The translations under genes and the position numbers were made by a program. Below are positions 50,691 through 61,491 of a stretch of DNA of 61,491 nucleotides, in pieces; the first letter of the stretch is position 1, and each line of letters opens with the position of its first letter. Location of the stretch: NCBI RefSeq assembly GCF_001194135.2, contig NC_068982.1, forward strand, positions 60,392,772 through 60,454,262. The letters run 5' to 3'. The stretch comes from Octopus bimaculoides. Lineage: Eukaryota. The notes beneath the pieces were generated by a model that worked only from the letters and a program-made list of their open reading frames with translations, was not told the origin of the DNA and made no database searches.

Positions 50691-52119
50691 TTGTTGACCT
50701 GAAACTATGGTAAAATACATTTGGCCAATATGCCACATAGCAGAATTGAACCTGAAACCAATTATGTGTGACTTAAACTTCTCAACCATACAGCTATACT
50801 TGTACCCATTATGGATTGCATTGCACAAACAGGCCTGAAATTTCATTTTCTTTCCACTTTAACTTCACAGTCACTCTGCTCTAGAATACAAGGAGCCCAT
50901 AAACCAACAAGGGGGCTTCTACATGGTCACTCAACCTACTAGTAATAGACACAAAATTGCCCTCGAAAACCACACACTCTCATCTTAAAAAATAGAAGTA
51001 CACATTCAGTTGTGTTGTCCTAGATATTCTATGTTTAGAAAAGTGAACTGGTTCATCAATGACAAGAATACCTTTGATCATAAGGTCGACTGAATCAGGG
51101 ATGAACTTGGCCTAAACATCAATAACAAGAGAATATAGAAAATTCTTAATTATTTTAAAACAACTAGAATGTGTTGAGATTAATTAATTAATTAATTTTA
51201 TTTTATTTCTTTATTTTTAATGAGAGAGGAGAGGAGGGCAGTGTCTCATTTAAGTTAATAACAAAAACTTCTCAACCAATGTTATATAACAGAACCTCAT
51301 TGCTAATATTTGGTTCCTAACTGCCTCTAATCAATTCTAGACAGTTTGGTAGTATATACTTCATAGTATATATACACTATAGACTAACTATAAAAGCAAA
51401 CCAATATATTATTTATGTTAATTTAGAAACCAACAATACCAATGATATGTGTATATATGTATGTGCATATGTGGGCATATGCACAAATGTGCAAGCAGTA
51501 ACAATAATTACTATGTGTATGCATGTCTACATGTGTATATGTACCTAAAATAATAACAATAACTGAATGTGTTTGCATAGGAATGTGCATGTACACGTGT
51601 GTGTGTGTGTGTGTGTGAGAGTGTCAGATTTAGGGCATAAGCTAACTTGAAAAACAACACCACATAAAAGTGAGAAAGATCAATAGCAAAGAAAAGCAAC
51701 AGAATTCAATTTCTTTTTAATCAATAACAGGCAATCAAACAGCTGAAAATATGTTTAATTAAAAGATAGTTCTCTCTTTCTCTTTCTCACTTTCTTTCCC
51801 TCTCACTCTCTATCTCTCTCTCTTACTCTTTCTCTCTCTCTCACACTCCCTCTGTCTATCTATCTATCTGTCTTCTGTCTCTATCTTTCAGTATCTCTTC
51901 ATGTCATATCCTCCACCCCTTTTGTATTGTCTCTTCATCAAATTGTTGCCAAATCTGTCTGTATGCTTATATCATTTAACAGTTTTAAAATCTCAGCATG
52001 TATGTGCCTCTGAATAAATGTATGAATACATCTATACACATGTCTGTGTGTGAATGTCTGTATATTATGCACATACACACAGACACACATGTGTGCGAGT
52101 ACACACATACATACATACA

Positions 52120-52168
<49 letters not shown>

Positions 52169-52273
52169 NNNNNNNNNNNNNNNNNNNNNNNNNNNNNNNN
52201 NNNNNNNNNNNNNNNNNNNNNNNNNNNNNNNNNNNNNNNNNNNNGAAAATTAGAGGTAATACTTGACAATATG

Positions 52274-52334
<61 letters not shown>

Positions 52335-52606
52335 TATACATATATAATGATACATGTATTATTGATAATATATACATACATATGTATATACACATACACA
52401 TACATACACACACACACACACACATGTTTGCATATATGTCTGTATTCAGAACAAATGTATCATTTTCTTAATGTAAATTTCTATATATGAAAACGATAAA
52501 TGAACTTAAAATCAATTCATGTAACAATTACCTTCATTGCTTTGATCATCATGTCATCGACAATATATTCATCATCAACTTCACCATCATTATGATGATG
52601 ATGATG

Positions 52607-52638
<32 letters not shown>

Positions 52639-53339
52639 TGTTGTTATTGTTGTCATAGTCAATATTGTCATCATCAGCAGCAGCAGCATTATTTTCAATT
52701 TTGTCATCAGTACCCCCATCATCATTGTCTTCATTATTTTCTTTATCATTGCTACGAACATCATAATCATCATCATCATCATCATCATAATCATCATCAT
52801 CACCATAACGATTGACATCATCATAATCAGTATCATCATTATCAATACAACCATCACCACACCACCATCGCTACCACTATCACCATCTTCCCCTTGATTT
52901 CCAACATCACCAGCATGATCATCATCCTAAGCATCATCATCATCAATGCCACTATTACAACTACCACCCTCACCACAATCACCTTGATCAGCACCACCAC
53001 TGACATGCCATCCCCGTCATTGCTGTCATCTTCATTGTTGATGCCGTCATCGTCGTCGTCGTCGTCGTCGTCATCATCATCATCATCATCATCACCATCA
53101 CTGCTATCATTGTCAGTATCATTGAATCATCTTTATCATAATGACCATCAATATAGTTCCTGTCAAAAATATTTACCATTGCTCTTTTGCTTTTGTTATC
53201 AATATACATTTATTGTTCCTGCAACTGACATTGTCATCATTATCTTCTCACTACTCATCACCATCGTCGTCATCATTATGATCATCAACCATTCATCTAA
53301 GAACACTATACAAATAGAATCAAAGTCAATGTTTATATT

Positions 53340-53401
<62 letters not shown>

Positions 53402-55264
53402 CATGTATGTATGAATGTATGCATACACAAAGATACTCACACATACATATGTGTGTGTGTTCGTGCATGTGTGAATGTTTGTGTGAGGTGTGTGTGTGTG
53501 TTATGTTATAATGAAGCTTTTGAGTTATACATATACATATAAACATGCACACATACATATACACAGGCATACATACTTACATAAAGAAGAAAATATACAT
53601 GCATACAGAACTTCAGGTGTGGCTATGTAGTAAGAAATTTTCTTCCTAACCACATGGTTTCAGGTTCAGTCTCACTGAGTAGCACCTTCTACTGTAACTC
53701 TAGGCCAACCAACGCCTTGTGAGTAGATTTGGTAGAAAGAAACAAAGAATCTTGTCGCCGCACCCACTTATTGCACTTGGTAAAACACTAGTGTAATAAT
53801 AATTGGGTACCCTCCCAGCAGTATATTGGATAAATATTATGCCTTAGTGGGTTGGATTCTCAACCCCTAACTCTCGTGGATTATATATCTATATATATAT
53901 ATATATATATATATATAATCGGAACCGATTCGGGGATAACTATATTTTTATGAATTTCTTTTAGCNNNNNNNNNNNNNNNNNNNNNNNNNNNNNNNNNNN
54001 NNNNNNNNNNNNNNNNNNNNNNNNNNNNNNNNNNNNNNNNNNNNNNNNNNNNNNNNNNNNNNNNNNNNNNNNNNNNNNNNNNNNNNNNNNNNNNNNNNNN
54101 NNNNNNNNNNNNNNNNNNNNNNNNNNNNNNNNNNNNNNNNNNNNNNNNNNNNNNNNNNNNNNNNNNNNNNNNNNNNNNNNNNNNNNNNNNNNNNNNNNNN
54201 NNNNNNNNNNNNNNNNNNNNNNNNNNNNNNNNNNNNNNNNNNNNNNNNNNNNNNNNNNNNNNNNNNNNNNNNNNNNNNNNNNNNNNNNNNNNNNNNNNNN
54301 NNNNNNNNNNNNNNNNNNNNNNNNNNNNNNNNNNNNNNNNNNNNNNNNNNNNNNNNNNNNNNNNNNNNNNNNNNNNNNNNNNNNNNNNNNNNNNNNNNNN
54401 NNNNNNNNNNNNNNNNNNNNNNNNNNNNNNNNNNNNNNNNNNNNNNNNNNNNNNNNNNNNNNNNNNNNNNNNNNNNNNNNNNNNNNNNNNNNNNNNNNNN
54501 NNNNNNNNNNNNNNNNNNNNNNNNNNNNNNNNNNNNNNNNNNNNNNNNNNNNNNNNNNNNNNNNNNNNNNNNNNNNNNNNNNNNNNNNNNNNNNNNNNNN
54601 NNNNNNNNNNNNNNNNNNNNNNNNNNNNNNNNNNNNNNNNNNNNNNNNNNNNNNNNNNNNNNNNNNNNNNNNNNNNNNNNNNNNNNNNNNNNNNNNNNNN
54701 NNNNNNNNNNNNNNNNNNNNNNNNNNNNNNNNNNNNNNNNNNNNNNNNNNNNNNNNNNNNNNNNNNNNNNNNNNNNNNNNNNNNNNNNNNNNNNNNNNNN
54801 NNNNNNNNNNNNNNNNNNNNNNNNNNNNNNNNTATATATATATGTGTGTGTGTATATGTGTGCGTGTATATGTGTGTTTGTGTGTCTGTGTTTGTCCCCC
54901 CACCATCACTTGACAACTGATGCTGGTGTGTTTATGTCCCCGTAACTTAGTGGTTCGGCAAAAAGAGACTGATACGATAAGTACTAGGCTTCCAAAGAAT
55001 AAGTCCTGGGGTTGATTTGCTCGACTAAAGGCGGTGCTCCGGCATGGTCACAGTCAAATGACTGAAACAAATAAAAGAGTAAAAGAGTAAAGAGTATATC
55101 TACACACATACCCAAAGTCCAGCAAAGAGCATAGTCAAGCACCTTACTAATTAAGGGAAAACCTTGACTTTTATACATGTGTGAGAATGTGTGTATATGT
55201 GTGTGTGAGTGCGTGTGTATTCATGATAATGTGTATGTGTGAGACAGAGAGAATTCAAGTGTAT

Positions 55265-55299
<35 letters not shown>

Positions 55300-55306
<7 letters not shown>

Positions 55307-55866
55307 ATGTATGTGTGTGAGTGTGTTAGTAAAATTGGAAGATCATAAAACCATAAAACTAACACTGCCTAATAAAACATGAAGAAGAATTGATATTTAA
55401 ATTACTCCCAACCATGTCTACAGGGGTAACACATGCCAGTAGAGGGCGATGCAAATTGTAAATGCTCACATACTATTAGTAAACTGGACTCAAGTAGTGT
55501 TAATGGAGGAATAATGGGGAATTGTTACATTACAGATGGAATAATAGAAATGCTACAATGTAAACAAGATACAAGTAGTAGTAGTAGTAGTAGTAGTTGC
55601 TGTTGTTTGGCCTCTGGTTATCCCAAATCAAGCACACTTATTGAAGGAGTTGCAACTGTGACTGTTTCCTCATCTTTTTATAAGTATATATACGATGGGG
55701 ATCAGTTTCTATCTACCAAATCCACTCAGAAGACTTTGGTTGGCCCAAGGCTATAGTAGAAGACACTTGCCCAATGTTCTACGTAGTGGGACTGAACCCA
55801 GAACCATGTGGTTAGGAAGCAAGCTTCTTTCCAAACAGCCACACCTGTGCCTATATCTCTCTATCT

Positions 55867-55919
<53 letters not shown>

Positions 55920-56203
55920 TTATCTATATATATGTGTATATATATGTATATGTTTGTATGGTTCATCACAATTCTATATTGTAAATCCGTGGATGGGCTT
56001 CAGATAAGCTGGTTTTTACAGAGTGATGTATAAGAGACAAGCTAAAATAATGGTCATTATATATAATTCCTTTATTATAGCTAATTTGACTTACAGCTGT
56101 TTCCAGTAGTCATTATAGATAGGTTTACTCAATTGGTCTGTTAATAAATTGAAGTAAATTGAAAGACCTAGTATGTATGTATATTTGTGTGTGTGTGTGT
56201 GTG

Positions 56204-56240
<37 letters not shown>

Positions 56241-57200
56241 AGTGCTGGTAAATAGTTAGCTAAGTTAGCCATTTGATAAGCAAATATGGTGAATCAAAAN
56301 NNNNNNNNNGCAAAAGTTGTTAACCCATTTCTAGGTATAAAACAAAATTATAAACTAAAACAACTGTTTTAGATGTATTGAAACATTGTGCAATAAAATG
56401 ACAATAGGATGTTAATAGTTGAAACATTTAAAAAATAAATAAATAAATAAATACAAACAATGCCACCTCGTTTCTGAAACAGAGAACACTATATCAGTTC
56501 CATTGTAAAATATGAGTGTATCATTGGACAGTAGGTTTTGTATTTTGTTTTGTTTTTGTAATTTCTGAATGTTAATAAATTGTAAAATAGAGGTTTTATA
56601 TGGAACAAATATATTATAGACAAGATAGATGTCCAAGTGCTAGCTTGCACAAAAGTGGCTTGAAATGTATTCATTAAAGAATGCTTTCAGTTTATAAAGA
56701 AATAAGTTCATATCTTTCACATAGTGAATGGGGCTTAATTTTGGCAACCTATAATAATTCTAGCTCATAAATAATGACTTACATTTCAAGAATAAAGTAA
56801 TTTCAGTTATACCCTGTGTGATTGATAAGGCCAGTTTGCAGTTATATTCAGCTTAATTGTTATCTTTGTGGAACACCTCGCAATACAATTTATGCAAGGA
56901 AAGAAAGAAAAAAAATTCTTTAGAAATACGTTTTTATGAAGAGTTTTGACCAGTTTGGACAAAGTTACAATATATTGCAGAACAATTTGAGATTTAAGCA
57001 AAACTATTAAATTTTGGTTGCAGAAACTTGAACAACCATCTGTGTATATTCTTACATATATTTATGCTTCTATATTTATTTTCAAAGATATATATTTGAG
57101 TGTTAAATGCATGCATGCACACACACACATTTATATAGATTGATTCATTAGTTTCATGCCTGTTTTTTTTTTTTTGCATTAGTATAGATAAAGCAAGTTT
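55300..57200 (-). pseudogene. Class-B GPCR remnant L
   Basis: Ectodomain-like NLLSNDTLIFYNGT...C; TM1-like VSIHLKQLF*FIILFYT; after SINE and microsatellite, YVSIYNLHRPLLACVT..SSSCFIR (TM4/ECL2-like). Confidence 0.35.
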
Positions 57201-57533
57201 GCAAAATAAGTCTTCTATGCATCTCAGGCCATGAATATCACACTACCAGAGTAACATATAAAGGGTCTGTTGGTGCATTTGTATTTTTCTTATGCTTCAT
57301 TAGTTGTATTTTGGCTAGTATTTTTATACTTTGGTGCTTTTGTTATTAGCAACCAGAAAACGCAAGTTCATACATATTCCATTATTCAAAAGAAAGAAAA
57401 GAGAAAGCTTTCTCATGTCTCAGTGGCGTGAAAAATGTACCCAATACATGATATAAAGTGGTTGGCATTAGAAATCTTGCCAAAGCTGATATTAGAGCTT
57501 GATGCAGTCCTGTGGTTTGCCAGATCTTATTAA

Positions 57534-57743
57534 CCCTTTAGCATTCAGATTATTGTGTCAGGTGTTATGCTTATTTATTCACATTGTCTTGAACTAATCA
57601 TGAATTGTCTCGTAGCTTTGAGATTTTGAAAATGTGACTGTATATATGTAGAATGTCATTGTAAGGTAGAAATGAGAGGCCAAATTTGGCCAGCTTGAAC
57701 ATAAAACAGACAGAATGTTTTAGCCAGTTTAAATGCTAAAGGG
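57534..57743. mobile_element. piggyBac-type MITE nested in an RTE-tail repeat
   Basis: TTAA|CCCTTTAGCATT...AATGCTAAAGGG|TTAA; the host repeat resumes with CCTGTCCAACCCATGCCAGCA. Confidence 0.8.
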
Positions 57744-59499
57744 TTAACCTGTCCAACCCATGCCAGCATAGAAAGCTGAGGATGATCATATGTTGTTGGT
57801 GCTGTTGCTTCTGCTGTTGAGGCCGCTTCTGTTGCTGCTGATGCTGCTGATGCTGCTGCTGATGCTGATGATGATGATGATGACGATGATGACGACGATG
57901 ATAATGATGATGACGACTACGACGACGATGATGATGAGGAGGAAGAGATCATGATGATGATTGATAGTGGCAGTGACAGCAGCAGTGGCTGTGGCGGTGG
58001 TGGTGGCAGTAGTGGCAGTGGTGGTGGTGGTATCCATATCAAATTATTCTCTTTACCAACTTAGTTCTGTTGCTAAATAAGTGAATCAATGAGGTATGAT
58101 TTAGTAACTAGTGATAGGAGACACATTCAGAATTCTTCATCATATAATCCAACACCCTATCTACTCTATTGTTGGTATATCACAATATTTAGAGTATATA
58201 ACAACGTTCAGATCTGTATGTATTTGTAGTGAATGATGCTGTATTCTCAATATAATGACATGCAAGTTTGTGTGCTCCTAATATAATAATGTGCAAACAT
58301 GATGAGTTCATGATGTAATGCATGTCATGTGTCCCCAATATATAGATCTGCAATATGTTCGTTTTAAGTGAATGCATGTCTATTCTCCATATAGCATTGT
58401 GCAAGTGTCTGTGCTTGTGGTGAATGTGTATCCATGTTCAATGAAACAATGTAGAGATGTGTGTGTTTATGGTGAATGTATGTGTGTTTCCATTGAAGCA
58501 GCATGAAACACTATGTGTTTATAGTGGATGTATGAGGCTTCCTAATGTATTTTATGTTTTAACAATAAACACAGTTCTTGCTATTTATTCATATTCAGAA
58601 CATGGAAAAAGATCTGGTGTTTACTGCAAGAAAATATTTTAATTTCACAGTTTTTTAGAAATATGAGAGTAATGTAAGAAAGTAGAGTACAATATTATTA
58701 ACAGGAGCAAACTGTTTGAAGGGACATAATGAAGCTATGAATGTGAAAAATATTTTGACTAATAAATCAAGATTTAAAATGGCTTCTGTTGACATCCCAA
58801 AAGAGACCAGTTAAAATAAAATATTAAATAAATAACAAGAAGCATTTTTGGTGACTAATGGAAATGTACCCATGATGACATGTTTATTCTGATAAGAACT
58901 ATTCAAAAGACAGATTTTCATATTAAGATCATTTTCAAAGGGGGAAAAAATAACCAATTTAGCTATTTGGGAAGAAATCAAGATAATGGTCCATTGTGTA
59001 ACTTCCTTTTAACCCTAGAGATAATTGATCAAGTTAATAGAACAATCTTATTAACTTATCAGGGCTGTCTTTTCTTTTATAGAAATGTAATTATTTTTCT
59101 TCATAAATCATAGAAATGTACTGTAGTCCCTCACTACCAAAATGGCTTCATAAGTAGATAATTTAGAGAGAATTTTACATTTTAGGCATTCTATTGGATG
59201 CATTGTCTGAACTTACAACTTTTATGGTTTATTATGACACTAGGATTTTTTTTTAATATCAGGGTTATCCATGATATTTCTAATATCAAGGTTATGAATG
59301 AAATAGTGTAACTGTGTACTGACAGGAAATGAGTTTTCAGGAACATCCAAATTCTGCTAGCATGAAAAATTATACAATGCTGTTTAAAAAGAAAAACTGC
59401 TAGATATATTTATTAATTTTCCCTAAATAGCAAATACATTTCTTTCAATATAAATTTCTGTTCAGCTTTTACTTTAATGAAGCAATAATCTTCTCAGTT

Positions 59500-61491
59500 T
59501 TGTTTTTCAAATAATCAACTTCTTAACCCTTACTTGTCACTTATCAGTTTAGTGAAGCATTTCACACAGGTGCTCTTGCTGTTAGAGACCAATACTATAG
59601 AAAATTATGTGGTTTGTCATCATCTGCATAACATACTAAATCTATATACAGTTAGAAGGCATGATGTTATGGAATTTTCCGAGATGAAATCTCTTCATAC
59701 ACTTGCTGTGTTACAAACACAATGTGTATCACAGTGAGACAAATATCATTGTTGCTGTGATTCATAAGAATAAAAGATGCATTTCACCTATCTTGAAGTT
59801 TGTCAATGCTGTGCTCTTGGTTGTCACCTGCTCAAACAAAATTGGTGGATGACAGTGAATTCAAATAACAGATGTATGTGTAACCAGAAGCATAATAAGT
59901 TTGAGTAATTAAATGTCTGAAATTTTTAAAGCTGCGCTTAAGGAGTCATCTACATAACACTCCAGTTTACGATCTAACAAATCAAAAATGTATCTCTGTC
60001 ACAAATAAGGTAAACTATGGGTTGAAAATATTAATTACCATGATTCCCAAGATTCAAATTCAGCTAATCAGCCAACAGCTAAATGCTTTCTTTCCTGGTC
60101 ATAACTTGGTATCCCTCTAATATAAAACAAAATGAAATGCAAATCTTTTGGGAATTTCACAAGATTAACAGCTTCATTTTGAAATATAAATTTAGGGTTT
60201 GCCAAAAGTTTCAATGTCTTATCTAAAAAAAAATCCAATAAATAATCAAAATTCTTTGAAATTCATTTCTATATATATTTAATAAAATCAAGCATTATTT
60301 TTAATATATATGTTTTAATAAATTTATTTCATTGATGACATGTTTAATTAAAAAAAAGAAAAGTAAAAAAAAAATAGTTCATATGAATTCTAATACTTAC
60401 TTTTTCAATAATTTCTTTCATCAGAATAATTTTTCTCAGAATTCAAGACACGAATAATAAAAAGAATCACTCTCTAAAGAATCGACAAACAGAATGTACT
60501 GGGCCAATTTCTTTAGATAAAAAAAAATGTGTTAGCAATTTTTATGCTTTCAAATTTAAAAAGGAATACTCATTTTTAAGCTGAATTATTTATATAAAAA
60601 AAAAATCATTTCAACAGATGAAAGCAAGAATTTCTGCATTCTATTTAGCCAGGTTAGAAACCATGATTCAGCTTTATTTATATTTAACCACATATTCTTT
60701 CATGTTAGTGATTGTGTTCTGAAGATAAACAGTTTTGAATCATATATTGTAGGAAGCTGTATCAATATTTCCTCTTATATGATCACAAACTATCTTCTAA
60801 AAATTTGACTTCAAATATTATAAAGACATGCTTAGAATGATCAAATCCGCTTTCTTTTACATTTATTCCTTTAAACAGGGTCCTCTTTTTAAAAAGACAG
60901 TGTGTGTATGAGTCAGTAGCTGATAGGATGTGATTGCTTATATGTGTTCATAGGGTGTTACAGGAAGATAATATTGTTTTGACAGCAGTTTATTCCAGCT
61001 GATGTATCCCTTCATCAGTTATTGGTGTCATACAGCAGAGACGTGGTCACTTCTGTGTCATGCTAGCCAAATGCTCGTTAGTACAGATCAGCTGTCACAC
61101 ACACAAACACACACACACACATGCACACATACAAACCTACTCACACACACATACATCCATATTGAGTCATCCCATAAATAATGCAGTTTTTTTACACTTC
61201 TTTTATTTTTCAAAATTATGATAAATAAAGTTCATTTTTAATCTAAAATATACTCTATCTTATTTTCTACAATGCTCTTCCATCTATCTAAGTAGACTTG
61301 CAAGGCTCCTGTTCCAAAATTCACTTGTCCATGATGAAAAATTCTCCTCCATTACTGTTCTGACCTCGTCTACAGAATTCATTTTTTTCCAGTCCAAATG
61401 ATTTTGAAGGCTGCAGAATAACTAGTGCCAATGCTGGATTGTTTTAATCCAAATGACACTCACAGGCTCTCATAGTATTATCATGTAAAAT
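59500..61491 (+). pseudogene. Class-B GPCR remnant M (may run off the window end)
   Basis: Cys-rich TQCVSQ*DKYHCCCDS...EVC (somatomedin-B-like spacing), TPVYDLTNQKC; YIVGSCINISSYMITNY (TM1-like) at about 60750; DSVC..LYVFIGC (TM3-like). Confidence 0.35.

Noticed and set aside
58190-58520. Decayed C2H2 zinc-finger array
   Set aside because: A ~139-bp degenerate periodicity is present, but no C-x2-C...H-x3-H spacing or TGEKP linker can be recovered.

Overview
AT-rich eukaryotic genomic DNA with N-gaps next to (TA)n tracts. The SINE families, RTE tails and microsatellite load point to an octopus (coleoid cephalopod) draft assembly; this is inferred, not proven. I can support no intact protein-coding gene, and most ORF-track entries are microsatellite or SINE read-throughs. 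Recognisable contents: many SINEs, RTE LINE fragments, a decayed Tc1/mariner, an internally deleted mariner, hAT and piggyBac-type MITEs, Helitron/Helentron-like pieces, R4/Dong-like retroelement fragments in (TAA)n, a 5'-truncated HERO-like LINE, Penelope-like fragments (one with a minimal hammerhead ribozyme motif), and a tRNA-Ser(AGA) pseudogene. Main unexpected result: much of the apparently unique DNA between the repeats translates, through many stops and frameshifts, into remnants of class-B (7tm_2; adhesion/Methuselah-like) GPCRs. About a dozen such remnants lie on both strands, suggesting a decayed tandem receptor array. These calls come from by-eye motif alignment against a remembered family consensus; several are tentative and need profile-HMM confirmation. 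Most boundaries are approximate.
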